From Corallochytrium limacisporum Hawaii (taxonomy: Eukaryota > Protista > Pluriformea), in NCBI GenBank assembly GCA_002811645.1, contig PDIP01000016.1, positions 124,001 through 188,000 of the forward strand: 64,000 nt of DNA, written 5' to 3'. Made by a program: the position numbers and the translations under genes. The notes under the pieces were generated by a model that was not told the origin of the DNA, did no database searches, and saw nothing but the letters and a program-made list of their open reading frames with translations. Each line of letters opens with the position of its first letter. Position 1 is the first letter of the stretch. Positions 1-12,818 of the stretch are shown piece after piece.

Positions 1-2
1 GG

Positions 3-1445
3 TCGCGGAAGACTGCATTGTTCGTCGAACTGGAGGCATCTAGCGTTGCTCCTTACAGTCATATTCTGGGATTTCAAGATGATGGACTGTGTTCTTCACC
101 AGTGCTCTACATTGACTGTAAACAGTACAAACTCCGGATAGTGCAGAAGGAACGAGACGATGAAATGTATACCTTCGAAGTTATCAACAGAGACGGCGAG
201 GGTTACCGATTCCATACCCACAACGAACTAACACAGCGTAAATGGATCCTTGCTTTAAGTAGTTACATGGCATTCAAGGACGAGTTCATTAGCTTGGAGC
301 GCGTGCTCGAAGAGCCTCCCAGCTATGATGATATGGAAGTTGATTCTTCCGCTATCATGCTCAAGCAGTTCCTGAAACTGGCCATCAAAGATAAGAGGAA
401 GGATGGCAAAGCATATGAAATCCTCAAGGCCATGTGGCCTTCTTTTGCGTTTGCCAATGACATGATAACCACCATTGTGGCGGAGTATGGCGATGAGAAG
501 TCTCACACAAATCGGGAGGCCTGCGCGGACTTGCTAATTTGCATTATCCAGGACTTTGATCACTCACTGCGGCCAGATGTACGGGCTCTGGTGGAATCAT
601 TGACGTACTATGCTTCTGATGAAGGGGATTTCATAATGTCTTTTGAAGATGTGGATGTGAAAGAGTTCCTGCTTCCCGAGCATCTACGAAGGGTGCACGC
701 AGTGCTTGAAGCGAAGGATAAGGAAAAGACCGTGGTTACGGAGAAGGGCGCGAAGGTTAAGTTTGTCACCGCAGCAGAACCAGTACAACCGCACAGAGAA
801 TTCCTGTCTATTCCTCCTGATCGACTAACGACTACCATGAAACCACGGCAGGTTGCAGAGAAGCTAACATATGCGTTCCTTGCATTGTGGCGCCGGGTCG
901 ACATTGAAATGTACATCCTGTACCCCTCAAATGAACATTCGTGTGTGAATGATTTGCAGACCGCTGCCCAGGATCTAATGAATTACGTCAAGCATAGCAT
1001 TGTTGAGCGGCACACATCTATTCAACGAGAAGTCACAGTAACTTTCTGGATACATACCGCCGAGTTCTTGGTGAAGTATGGCAACTACGAGTGTGCAGTG
1101 AACACGATGATTGCAGTCAGCCACGCCCTGGTGCTCATGCACCAATGCAAGGAAGTCACGCAACACCCCATTGATTCATTGGCCATGGAGCTGTTCGGTG
1201 AGGATGCCAACTATGAGCATGAGTACACCATTGACTTTGAGCACTATCGGCAGCGATTAGATCGGGAACCCTGCCCTATAATTCCCTACTGGGGCACACT
1301 GAAATCCGATATTGTCAACCTTCAAAGCCTGCCAATCCGCTTCCACCGCGGTGGCATCAATTTTGACCGCGCAATCGCTCTGTACTCCATCATCCGACAG
1401 GTGAACCGTTGGCAAGGAGAGCAACAGGCTCAAAAACCAACATAG
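3..1445 (+). CDS. Ras-family guanine nucleotide exchange factor (PH-like domain + CDC25/RasGEF domain), 5'-partial
   Basis: The frame is open from the window edge (the ORF-track start at 18 is TTG). It has a PH-like end (YTFEVINRDGEGYRFHTHNELTQRKWILAL) and a RasGEF C-terminal pattern (PCPIIPYWGTLKSDIVNL...GGINFDRAIALYSIIRQVNRWQ, compare PCIPFxG...GLINFxK). Confidence 0.75.
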   Translation, partial: SRKTALFVELEASSVAPYSHILGFQDDGLCSSPVLYIDCKQYKLRIVQKERDDEMYTFEVINRDGEGYRFHTHNELTQRKWILALSSYMAFKDEFISLERVLEEPPSYDDMEVDSSAIMLKQFLKLAIKDKRKDGKAYEILKAMWPSFAFANDMITTIVAEYGDEKSHTNREACADLLICIIQDFDHSLRPDVRALVESLTYYASDEGDFIMSFEDVDVKEFLLPEHLRRVHAVLEAKDKEKTVVTEKGAKVKFVTAAEPVQPHREFLSIPPDRLTTTMKPRQVAEKLTYAFLALWRRVDIEMYILYPSNEHSCVNDLQTAAQDLMNYVKHSIVERHTSIQREVTVTFWIHTAEFLVKYGNYECAVNTMIAVSHALVLMHQCKEVTQHPIDSLAMELFGEDANYEHEYTIDFEHYRQRLDREPCPIIPYWGTLKSDIVNLQSLPIRFHRGGINFDRAIALYSIIRQVNRWQGEQQAQKPT

Positions 1446-1854
1446 CGTCGATTGCACAAATCAGAACTATTCTACATTCATTCAGTTCAATCCAGCAAAC
1501 ACCACAGTCTTCGCCCTACTCTAATCCCCCCCGTTCCCTCCTTCCCCCTCTGTGCACTAGGAAGAGAGCTCTTTGTGCCACCCTGCTTGGGCCGCTCCTA
1601 TCCTCGTCCTGCATACCGAGCGCTAAAGGTAGAGGACTACAACGGCACCGGCGCCCCCCCCCTCCCCCAGGGGAGGGTGTTGGTGACACACAAACGGCAA
1701 CAGCGGACTATTTACTACTGTTCAGTCTATGACATAGATCCGTTTCCTTATGCACGTACTTGCAAGAATGCTGCCAAGTGTATGAATACACCGTACTGGT
1801 AATGAAATATAAAATAGTATGTGCATTTGAAGAATAGTAGACCCCAAGAGAGCT

Positions 1855-2595
1855 ATGCTGCGGTTTGCGACATCACGTGGGCAACCGATTTGCAGAACCG
1901 GAGTGACATACTTCGCAGCACTTCCTGCCACAACTGCAGCGGGCAGCGTCAGGTATCGCAGCAGTGATACTAGTGCTAATAAAGGGAGCAAAGATGACAA
2001 ATTAGAGCAGGCCAAGGCCGAATGGGCCCCTCCACCGCAGCAAATTGAGGCCCATCTTACAAAACGGAAGGCTTGGTATAAACAACAGATGGAACAGATG
2101 CAGGCCAACCCGAATTACACCTTAGCCCGTCTATTCGGCCAACTAGAAAGGCCGATCGATGTCGACGAGTCGGAGCTGACATTGGGGTGTCTCTTGGCCA
2201 CTTTGATGGTCATGGAAAATTTTAGCAAGCGGGACACAATCAGGTTGCGTTCAATGGTTACGCCAGACCTGTACTTCAGGAAATTCAGACAAGTTTGTGA
2301 GGATCAACCACCTGTAGGATGGGAAGTCATTGAGATCCACGACCATAGTCTGATGACCATTCCGGTTGCGGTGCAGGATGGGGTTCTCAAGGCTGTAATG
2401 CAGCCGCAGCTACCGGAGCTACGGCTATACACAACCCTCTCTGAGGTGAACTACAATATTGGGCCGGACGATCAAGTGCTGGACACATTCTGCCAGGTCC
2501 GTAGCTACGTTCTGGCCTTCAGTCAGGCCAAAGAGGGCCGTCCTGCCGATTCTCCAGGCTATGTCATCCGAGAGATGGACATCATGACGGATTAA
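1855..2595 (+). CDS. Hypothetical mitochondrial protein, possibly Tim44/MAIP1-like
   Basis: ATG-initiated 246-aa ORF. The Arg/Ser/Ala-rich, acid-free N-terminus resembles a presequence. ENFSKRDTIRLRSMVTPDLY resembles Tim44-like domains only weakly. Confidence 0.5.
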   Translation: MLRFATSRGQPICRTGVTYFAALPATTAAGSVRYRSSDTSANKGSKDDKLEQAKAEWAPPPQQIEAHLTKRKAWYKQQMEQMQANPNYTLARLFGQLERPIDVDESELTLGCLLATLMVMENFSKRDTIRLRSMVTPDLYFRKFRQVCEDQPPVGWEVIEIHDHSLMTIPVAVQDGVLKAVMQPQLPELRLYTTLSEVNYNIGPDDQVLDTFCQVRSYVLAFSQAKEGRPADSPGYVIREMDIMTD

Positions 2596-2808
2596 AATAA
2601 TAAGGACATGCATTGTCGGATTGAATCCAAGTGTGGGTAGGTGTAGGTACATATTTTCCGAAAAACAATTTTTCTTTAGTTTATTCCTCTATCTCTTGTG
2701 CATGAACTACGAACTCTATGCTTTGGTCATAAATGGGACCCGTTGTGAAAACGAAAATGAAAAAAAAAAACAGCAAAAGGTAAAAGGGAATGAATCATGG
2801 TCGGCTAT

Positions 2809-3996
2809 TTAGAACTTCGCCATCAGGCAGTCCACAATAATCGGAACCACCATGAGGTGCAGGAAATGACGGTTGGGCCATATACTGATGTTCCAGTGGT
2901 GGTAATTACGCATGGGGTTACGAGAGAAAGTCATGACCGACAATCCGTTCGTCACGTCGCGAATTTCGAAGCTTTCACTGGCGGTAGTCCGGTCCATACT
3001 CTTGCGCCGTCCTTCGTATTCACGTCCGTCGAGAGTGAACAGAATGGTCTCACAGGTAACCACGACTTGCATGATGCGTGGATAGGTAGCCAGGTGCAGT
3101 TCAAAGCGGGGATTGCGCCTATCGTTCAGCTGCAATCTACGCACTGCCACTAGGTCTTTGTCTGAGTCGAGACCCACGAGCATGAGGTTGGGCCAAACAC
3201 CATCGGTGCGGAAGACCGGGGTCTTCTCGTTGGCGCAGAAGAAGCGGTACCGGCGGTTCCGGGGAGAGTATGCCATGGTGAAGAGCTGGGCATGGACCTT
3301 AGGCGCACCGAGCACCCAGCGCATAGACAATTCGCCGCGGTCGTACTTGACGTTCTTGCGTTCATGGGGTTGCTGGCAGTATCCCTGACAGGAGGTCAGG
3401 CGAACTGTCTTCACTGTGGAGTGTGCCCGAACTTTGCCATCGGGCAATGCCTCACTACCCATATCAAGAACAGTGGCCATGGCCACCAAACGGTCAGCAA
3501 GGAGCTTACGTTTCTCCATGACCTTGACTACTATCTTCAAATCAAAAACTTCGTGGCTGGAAACACTCAAATCAAACTTCTCGTCCCACTCTGTGCTGCC
3601 GTCTTCACGCACAACCCGCGTGGTCGCAACCTTTTTCGAATTGATGAAGAGGATGCAGTATAGATTCTTATGATGGCACCGAGAGGACTGAATAAGCTTC
3701 CGTGAAACGACCTTCACAGTGTCTAACCGGATTGTCACTGTCTGCATGAAACCTAAAGGAATACTAAGTTCCTCGAAGACCTTCACTGCGGCGTCACTCA
3801 CGTCGTGGTCACCGCAGATAGAGACCAGGTCGGAGTCCGTGGGCAGAGATAACGATGTGTCCTTCTCATAACTAGAATATGATGCAGTCTCCGCCAGTGG
3901 CGACACGCCCGTAATACTGTTGTACGTGGGGAGTTCATCCTCCTCAGGTTGGACAGGCGGCAAAGGGCACCGCCCGTGATGATATGATGCAAGCAT
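2809..3996 (-). CDS. C2-domain protein with a possible LURP-one/tubby-C-like C-terminal domain
   Basis: First ATG at 3996. C2 pattern NLYCILFINSKKVATTRVV...TEWDEKFDL...LKIVVKVMEKRKLLADRLVA. The C-terminal region is beta-rich and ends in a hydrophobic helix (HLMVVPIIVDCLM). Confidence 0.65.
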   Translation of the reverse strand: MLASYHHGRCPLPPVQPEEDELPTYNSITGVSPLAETASYSSYEKDTSLSLPTDSDLVSICGDHDVSDAAVKVFEELSIPLGFMQTVTIRLDTVKVVSRKLIQSSRCHHKNLYCILFINSKKVATTRVVREDGSTEWDEKFDLSVSSHEVFDLKIVVKVMEKRKLLADRLVAMATVLDMGSEALPDGKVRAHSTVKTVRLTSCQGYCQQPHERKNVKYDRGELSMRWVLGAPKVHAQLFTMAYSPRNRRYRFFCANEKTPVFRTDGVWPNLMLVGLDSDKDLVAVRRLQLNDRRNPRFELHLATYPRIMQVVVTCETILFTLDGREYEGRRKSMDRTTASESFEIRDVTNGLSVMTFSRNPMRNYHHWNISIWPNRHFLHLMVVPIIVDCLMAKF

Positions 3997-6900
3997 CACC
4001 TTCGCTTTTGTGTCTGTGTGTTGTGTGCGTTGTCACTGTCTGCGTGTGTGTCTTGTCTTCTATCTCCTTCGTCTGTCTCGTTTCTTTCTATCGCTGTCGG
4101 CTCGTTTCCCAAGTAGGAGAAATGTAGGCACCAATAACAACCAATGCCATGGCATACAGTCTTGGAACCCCCTATGAAATAGCCTGGGTGTTGATCAACT
4201 GGTCCACAACCGCAGTTACAAATTGCGTCAATAAAAATTAATCCGCACGTATGCCGGGTGGTGGTGATGTGCTCTGGGTTCATTTGTACTGACCAACAGA
4301 TGTCAGTACCACATTTGATTCTCAAGCGCACACCAAGTATGCAAATTCCGAGAGGTGGACAGCACCGACCTACGAACAACTAGGTTCACTGATCCCGGCC
4401 TTGCTGACCTCCTCCCCACATCTCAAGGCCACCACCTGCATTGTAGGGTTATATGTATATGCTAATAAACGTTGAAATCTTCGCAGCATTGTTATAGTAC
4501 GTTTGAGGTATGTGGTGTTTTTTTTCCTGCCTGTCCTACTGTCGAATTTTCCCTGGAATGTTTCTTACCTCTGCCCCCTCACCATCTCGCCGCCTTCACA
4601 CTCTTCCTATTTCAATACTGGATGAACTGCAAAAAAAAACCATCGGCTCACTCCCACTCTCTCTTTCCATGAAAAAACCAGATGGGGAAGGGGAATGTTC
4701 GCATAGTGGAAGGCCAGCGGGAGAGGACTGGCAGAGGCGGAGAGGGGAAAAGGGAGAGTCCCAGTCACTGATAAGGTCTTCTTTCAAGGGAAAGGACTTT
4801 CCCCTCCCTATCCCGTGCCTTTCCCCCTCTTTATTCCAAACTCTTGCACTCTGCCCTCTCGTCTCCCCTTCTTAAAAATTTCACTTACTTTGCTCAACTT
4901 CTCCTGTGCGGTCTTCAAATTTGGTCTTACAGCAAGGCCAGGTCGCCCCTCATTGCGCAGGGGTTCAATGATCCACCCGCCATACTTACACAGAGTACAT
5001 TCTGTCATGTCACGGAAACTGAAAAAGGGGGGGGGGGAGACTGAGCCAAAGTGTGTAGGTTGGTTAATCACGGACCTACCTACCATGGATCGTCGATCTA
5101 GAAGTAGATATTAACTTTAGTGTGTAGTGCGGATGGGGTTCAACGAGATCCTCGCCTCGTCTATGTGTGCAGAGGTCAGATCTGCGACTGGACTTAATGA
5201 CTGGAGCACAAGTATGTTGAGGATGTCAATTAGTAACAGATTCATTTACACAATTTAGTGGCAGAAGAAAGTCAGCCGTCACGAATCAACAGGCAGACCG
5301 ACGAGACAGACCCCTGGCAAACCACATAGATTCCGGGAAATTACGGGACATACCACCTATTGGGAAGGTATAAGATCTACACATCGCTCGAGGCGGACGA
5401 AGAACACTTGCCATGGGTTTGCAGACCTGGCAAGCTGTCGGAGTGCTTGGGCTTTCTGATTCAGCTCAAACGCGCCCTCCTGTCGCCGCCGGGTTGGGTG
5501 TCGCCCGGCAGTGAAGGGGAGGAGAGGGGGGGGAGGGAGGGCGTGTGTGCTGCCGCTGTTTGTATGTGACTCTTTGGTGGCCAACTGCGCTGACAAACCA
5601 CAGGCGGCCCAGATGGACAAGACTGTCACTATAGCAAGACTTGATCATGCGATGTCGAGAAAACCACAGGCATTGTCGAACGAGCAAAACGGGAGAGAAC
5701 CAAAGACGGCGGTGGAAAATTAGATGCAACGGAGCTTTTGGAACCGGCGCATATGGTTGGCGAAGCACACGGTCTTTAGAGCTGGTTCAGAACAGCCCGT
5801 GCAGGCCGGGTATTTCTCACTCGCTCTCCTGGGTTGTTTGCATCTGCTGTTTTCACTTCTATTGACCGATAGGTGTAGTTTCAGGACTATAAGGGCGTGG
5901 TTTCATCGGAGACACAAAAAATTTAGAAATTTTTCTCTCTAATTTTTCAATAGAAAGCACTAGACTAGGTATTCTCCCGTTTTTCTACCAAATCCTTGAC
6001 ATGACTGTTCCTTGGGACATCGTTAGGAAGATTCGCGGCCGCAGCCAAATTCGTAGTAGTCGAGTGCGCAAAGTCGAGGAATATATGCTCACAGATTTAG
6101 TATACACAACCGTCTGCTGATCCGATGAATAAAGCCCACGCGATACCAACCCGCGGTCACTGAGTAGGGACGAACAGGACGAAGACTAGCAAAAGTAAGG
6201 GTTTGTTTAACGCAAATGAGACCATGTACTTCATATACAAAACCTTGTACCTCTCCCGTAACCAAGACAAGATTCGTACACGCTTACCGCTCGTAGAAGT
6301 CAGAAATGCCGAGAGCTGCTCCACCACTTGCGGTCCGTCCCATCGGTTTTTTTTTCACAAGTTCACTACCGAACTGAAATATCGGTACTGTTCCCCGTTC
6401 CGCAGTTGGTATGTGGAAAGGACGCAAGTTGTCAACCACCGCCAGACTCTCGTCGTTCGTGGGAATCCGGGGCGCACGAAACGTAGATCGTTCAGCTCGT
6501 CATCGTGACGAAAACATTTGGTTTAAGTTCTGGCGGGTTTCATGAGAGTTGGAAAACAAGGGCCTTGTTTAGAGAATGAAGAGTCGCCAACGTCAGAGAC
6601 AGTTTGGTATGATCTTTTGTTGATATAACTTTTAGAAACGGTCAGCTGTGTAGACATTTGTTGGAAGAGATTGATGTTTACGGGACACAACTTGGTTTTC
6701 TTTGACATTCCGATGGAGTTTCTGAAGCAGATGACGTTCGGTCGACAACAACTTGTGCACCTTAACTTCAGGTTCAACGCTCCAGTACTGGATTGCACCT
6801 GATATTTACCTTGGCCCTAGTGTGTGTGATCACGCACCGTAGAAAATTTCTTCACCATGTCCATGTGTGTTGTGGAAATTGTCACAGTCACTCACCACTG

Positions 6901-8165
6901 TGGACAATTGCGAGTTTATTTTGGTAAGGACAGATGTGATGTGTCCTCAGCAAAGCTTGTCGATGTTGCATCTGAGAAATTTTGACCGCTTTTAAGAGTG
7001 AGCGAAGGCAAAGGAAAACAGGAAACTGGTCTTTACTCCCGTGTCCGCCCAGTGGACAAAGAACGGACGCATCCCTCATGTTCAAGAATATCTTACTGCG
7101 CAGGGACCAACACCAACAGGCGGCGGCTGCTGAGTTGAAAAGTCTTAGAGAAACCACCCACTGCCGGGGTGGTTGACCCATACCAGGTTATGGCAGCAAG
7201 ACGGCAAGCCGCTGCGTACACATGCACAGAACCATGTAGCGCTATGGCACCACAGAGAACGAATGTTGGGGGATGCATACAAAATAGGTACCCAGCGTTC
7301 TCTGGTTGCCGACCGAAAAGAAAAACCTAATCGATTTGTTTCAATGGACCGGTACCCATTCTGAGAGGAAGTGAAACCATGACACTGCGAGAAAAGTTTT
7401 TCATTTGAGTTGACCCAGTGTTGAGTGGGATACGGACTATGGGTTGGGACCATGTCCTTCCGGGCCTTGCCCAATGCAGACCACTAAGACATTGCGGTGT
7501 GTAGAGGCACATGGATCAGTGTAAAGGTATCTTCTTGTAAAGATCAGTGCTGAAATTTTGTGTCGTGTCTTCTGATTGAAGGAGGTCGGCACGGAGGGCA
7601 TGCCGGGGCCCCATGCTTTTAGAGTAGCCCTCAACATCAGAGCTAGTCGTTTCCCATAGTAATAATATTGTGGTTTTCTGCCGAGAACTTGTAGATATCG
7701 AAAAATGGAATTAATGCACAGTATCTTGTATCTTGGTTAGGAGGCTTGGATGCCGATACCGGGGAGCTCAGCACTGATACTTTGTTGTTTACCTAACTGA
7801 CACATGTTCAAATAACAAAATCGTTGTGAGGGGTTCTTCGCGGTAGAGTGATAACTGCGAACCAAGCCGCGCGATCTACAGCTTTGATGTGATCTGACAT
7901 ATACGCGTACATGCACGAACCTTTAGCATCACAGCTGGGGAAAATATTCGTCGACACAAAACGGTCCGGGAATACAAAATAAGCATAGACACAGCTAGCT
8001 CAGAATCATTGACGGTGCGAAGGATCTGTCTAGGAATCAGGTGCCGTTTTGTTCAGAACTCCTTCCTTTTCCAAGAAGATTATGTGCGAGAGCGTCGATC
8101 CCGTTCGGACGTTGTCTGGGGTTCCGTTGATTGTTTCAAAAGGAGCCCCCTTACAATCCCCCCCC

Positions 8166-8385
8166 NNNNNNNNNNNNNNNNNNNNNNNNNNNNNNNNNNN
8201 NNNNNNNNNNNNNNNNNNNNNNNNNNNNNNNNNNNNNNNNNNNNNNNNNNNNNNNNNNNNNNNNNNNNNNNNNNNNNNNNNNNNNNNNNNNNNNNNNNNN
8301 NNNNNNNNNNNNNNNNNNNNNNNNNNNNNNNNNNNNNNNNNNNNNNNNNNNNNNNNNNNNNNNNNNNNNNNNNNNNNNNNNNNNN
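8166..8385. other. Assembly gap (N run) preceded by poly-C
   Basis: Direct observation. Confidence 0.99.
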
Positions 8386-11300
8386 CACCACGATAATGAC
8401 TATGCAGGTAAATAGGTTCGAAATGTGTGTGTTTGGCGAGTCCCGCATGTACAGCAATAAACGACATTTTTCTGACAGCGACTTTTGGTTGTCAAGTTTT
8501 TGTTGCTCCCATATTTGTAGTCCTATACCAAATATTCGTAAAATTGGATTCGCAGACCACCAGGTCAAAGAAAAACACGTTGGATCTCGCCATCGCTGCA
8601 ATGTATGACGGGTCCCCAGCGAGACTTTTCCATCCCAACCGATTTCGCTGTATAACTTTGTCTACGGCTTGGCTTACACAACAGCAGTTGTGCAATCAAT
8701 TCGAGATATTGTGCAGATCTCGACTCACTCTCACCTCAGTTTCGCTCATTTGTCCTGCACCGATCTTGTGCCGAGCCAGAAAATGTTCCGGTCGAAGGAC
8801 AACGTGTCGGTAGGGAGATGTGGGTTCAAGTGAGCGTCGCTGCGGTTGCCTATCATCATCATTGACATCCCAATGCATCCAGTTAACCATCTTAATGTTG
8901 GGGCTGTCAACCACCTGTGGGAATAACTTTGAGGCTGTTTGCTTTCAACCATGCGCATTTGTTGATGAATGGCAGAGGATGCTTTAGATGAGCTCCTTCG
9001 TCTCGTGTGCCGTATACAGAAGAACATTGACCGCATGGGGCAATGAGACACAAGTATGACATTATACTTGGACAAAACTTGGCCGAAGCTTGGCATACAA
9101 TTAAAGGGATAACTACTTAGTAACAATGAAAAAAATAGTAAGGGCGAGGTTGCACAGATTGATCAGAACCCGTTGGAAAGCGACGAGTAGCTGTGATGCC
9201 CTTCCCGGTGGACCCAAGATTAAAGCAGCATCTGTCGGTGACAGGCTGTGCTTGCCGCATGCTATGATGTGAGCGTTGAAAACACCAATGTTTTGGTAGA
9301 ACGACGAGGTGTCTGCATGTTCATCAAGGTCCAAAGGAACGAGGGAAGCGAAAGAATGGAGCGTCGATCTCAGGGCGGCTCTAGAAAGTCCACCGCTTAA
9401 CAGCATGTAACTGGCATGCTGTTCATTTCCTTACGATGAGAATTGTCCATGGATCATCATCGTCAGCCTCAATCATGAAAGTTGTCTGCTTCTTCGCTTT
9501 CGAGGCCACGCGCTGTCCCATCCGTTTCCCAAAGTTGGCCTCTATGTTCACCCCCAGGCGTCTGTATGTTGAAAAAGAAACTCTCCGTTCCACCTTCTCC
9601 CCGACTTACGAATCGGCCGCGCCCTGCAGTACACACCTTTTTATTGAACTGATCCGTAATTGCAATTCCTTTCTGTAAGGGGTGTGCAGAGCAGGAGCTC
9701 TGAGTATGCACAATGGAGCATATTTAGAAAGGAGTGCGGGCTGTGAGTTCCGCACCCAGGTGTTTGGGTTAAGGTCCGTATGAGACGATTGCCCAACCGC
9801 ACCGCTGGAGAATGAATATACAAATCACCCAGCGGTGCGACTCCAGTCCGCGCAGGTGCTACCATCGTTGGCCACATGCCCAACAGCAGCATCACATCAG
9901 TGGAGGCTGCACCTGGTCAGGGGGTACACAGCCGCATGGACGGCTGACACAATAAGCTCTACTACTGAGCATGAACTACAGCAGTGATGCGCCATGGTTA
10001 AGAAATGATGATATAAATCGAACAAGATCGTGCACTGGTTATTGTAGCATACGATCGTTGCTGTCGAGCTGCTGATGGGCTGATGTTCTGAACAACGTAG
10101 AGAACACAAACAACCCCGAAGACCAGAAGGGTTTGGCCTGCGACCCATATGAATCCCTGCTGCGTCCTCCTGGGCTGGCAGTGGCGTTCATTTAAATGGA
10201 TGTAAGGAGCTTTTCGCCTGATAAATACATTCCTCATTTAGGATAACATACGTGATTTCCGGTATCAGCTATACCACCTCACCGTAGCTGATCTCTCCTC
10301 CTATTACGTTTTGTAGTAATCTCCGAGTTCCATCTTGTATGAAAGAGCCCACATTTATATCTCTTGGTTTTGCCAACCTCGATTGTTTTCTTATACAGGC
10401 TCTTACCCCGTTCGAAGGGGTGGGTGTTCAGAGTGGGTGGGTGGGGGGTAGCCGGAGATAAGTAGAGGAAGCGAAGAAACAGCTGCATCGCTCAACACCT
10501 TATGTGGTGGCAGCTCGATATTTTCTACCGCGCACTCATGGTCTTCACTGTGGATTTCGTTAGAAAAACTGCACCGGCCAAGAGGAAAAGGTTCTTACCA
10601 CTTTAGGAGCCAACCGGGATTTTGGATTTGGAAAAAGAAAGGGGAAGGGAGGGAGAGGTGCGTGCGCGCGCGCGCGAAGGACTGTAGAGTGAACCTAACC
10701 CCAACAAAAGGTGGAGGAGGGCAGGGGGCAAGAGGCAGGCCAAAATGTTTTGAAAAAGTATCCTGACCCGTATTATTTGTATGGGTAGGACCGAATTCCA
10801 TATCGTGCCCGGCAAAGCTCAGGAGTTGACGACCTCTTCAGTGTACAATTCTGCTCATCTAACCCCCTCATTAAAACCGCCCCTCCTTTTCAGGTGATTC
10901 CAGAAAAAAAAAAGGGAAGGTCCATGCCCGTAGAAAGAAAGTGGGAGGGGTTGGGGGAGGAAGACCACACACACGGAAAAAAAACACACAGTCCGAAGAA
11001 AAAAAAACCCCCCGTTCGCCTTCTACGGACGGTTGCGTCTGTCGTGCCTTGGTGTCCATAGTCGCACTATACAGATCCAAGTGTCCATGGAAGCGCGATT
11101 GATTTATTTCAAATTCACTCTGATGCCATTCCCTATTCTGTCGTAGGTGTCTCATTTGCAACGGCGCACAAGGGGACACACAGCAGCGGCGGATAGAATG
11201 TGTTTATCAACTTCTTCCGGGCAGTGCCTTGGAGGGTGAGGTTGTGTGCTGACCTTCTTCGGTTGGTACTGAAACTATTGGATAGACTGACCAACACACG

Positions 11301-12818
11301 AGGTTCTGGGGACCAAAGAGAAAATCTTTGCAGGCCAAGGAGGAGCAAACCACGGGCTGCAATTTGATGTGATGTGCTGACTCCTTCGCCCACTGTCGTG
11401 CCTGTCCGTGCGGACCCCCGCAATTACAGCACAAGGACCAGAGTCCAAGAGAGATGCAAATGAGGTAGACAGAATGAAGTACTCCTGATCCGGCCAGGGG
11501 ACTTTTACCGGGGAACACAAGCAGATAGATCTGAGTAGTGCTGACAGAAAGAGGCGGTCCACAAGCCAAGTGACAGAGTCCCTATATAAGAAATACAGGG
11601 CGGTCAGGAGGGGGCGGTAGATTTTCTACTGGGCGTTCAACTTTAGCAGTCTCCGGGGCACGGAATATGAAAGAAAATCTTCACCGGAAGGACGCTTTCG
11701 TGTTGTAGGGGCTTATGGTTCGCCGTCACAATTACGGAGAACGGACGTACGGAGCTCCAAGAAAGAATCCACCGGAGGTGTGAAAAAGGATCGGAAAACA
11801 CCGGCCGAAAGTCGAAACCTTGGACTCAACCGCACCGTTGTGCGGGCCAGGAGTGATGGATGGATCTGGCGGGGCGGGTCTGATCCCCGGGAGACGACGT
11901 CCGGGAACCCGGGGACCCAACTTCCTGGAGATTTGGAGCGTGTCGTGTCTCTTTGCGGTAGACACTTCTGTCCTAACCGCAACGTCCAAGTGCACCGTCC
12001 ATGAATTCAGCTTGACGTTATTTGCTGCCGCTCGTCCCTTACGCTAAGGACGCAGCATACAAAAGTGGGAGTTGCCTTGGGGGCCGGTCTGAGGTGGTAC
12101 GGGCACAGGGAAGGTACACGGAAACGCCGAAGAGAATCGCGCACCGTGGTGTTCCTCCGGGAGAAACAAACATGGAGCGCGCACTACAGAGAATGTTCAT
12201 TACCACACGACGAACGGTTTGGAACGACGAAGTAGCAGTTGCGTAACTCAAACGCAAACTACTTGTGCGTGTCCACGGACGCGCTTCCCCTACCTTGCAA
12301 AAAAAATAAATAAAGGCACCAGTATCGACAGCAACAGCAATTGCCACTTCCTAAACCAAGGCAATTTTAACAGTAACTCGAGAAAGCAGACGGCATGTGT
12401 TCATTCCCTACGGTTGTCGCTTGGACGATACATCCGCCAGGGAAGACTTTACCCTACCAACAGAAACACCGGGCGACTCAGAAAACAGAAACCAAAAGTT
12501 AGAAATGGTTGGGGGAGTGAATATAGACTAGGCTGACTTCTCTATTTTCCCGGTTTCCATAGGAGTAAGGCGTTTGGTTGGGCGCGGACCCCAAAGGTTC
12601 CTGATCAGCGTACACTCGGCATCGTATCTATTACAAATGTTTGGCTTTGGCTTTTCAAAAACACTGCTAGCTTGCATGTGATCCAGCGTGCCTATCTCCT
12701 GCCACCGTGCTCTCTCTTCTTCAAATACCCGTAACCCTCTTCTCTTTGCCATACATACTCGCACTAAGCCACTACAGCATGGTGTTCGATCACTTGGCAA
12801 ATGACGGATGGACAGTAT

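Noticed and set aside
1452-1802. 116-aa ORF between the RasGEF and the mitochondrial gene
   Set aside because: It has a TTG start, runs through C-rich low-complexity sequence and has no domain signal.
9469-9711. FFF..G.H.GQLWETDGT..G resembles one bacterial ELWxxDGT repeat
   Set aside because: It is a single unit in a short non-ATG ORF with no neighbouring repeats found, so chance is plausible.
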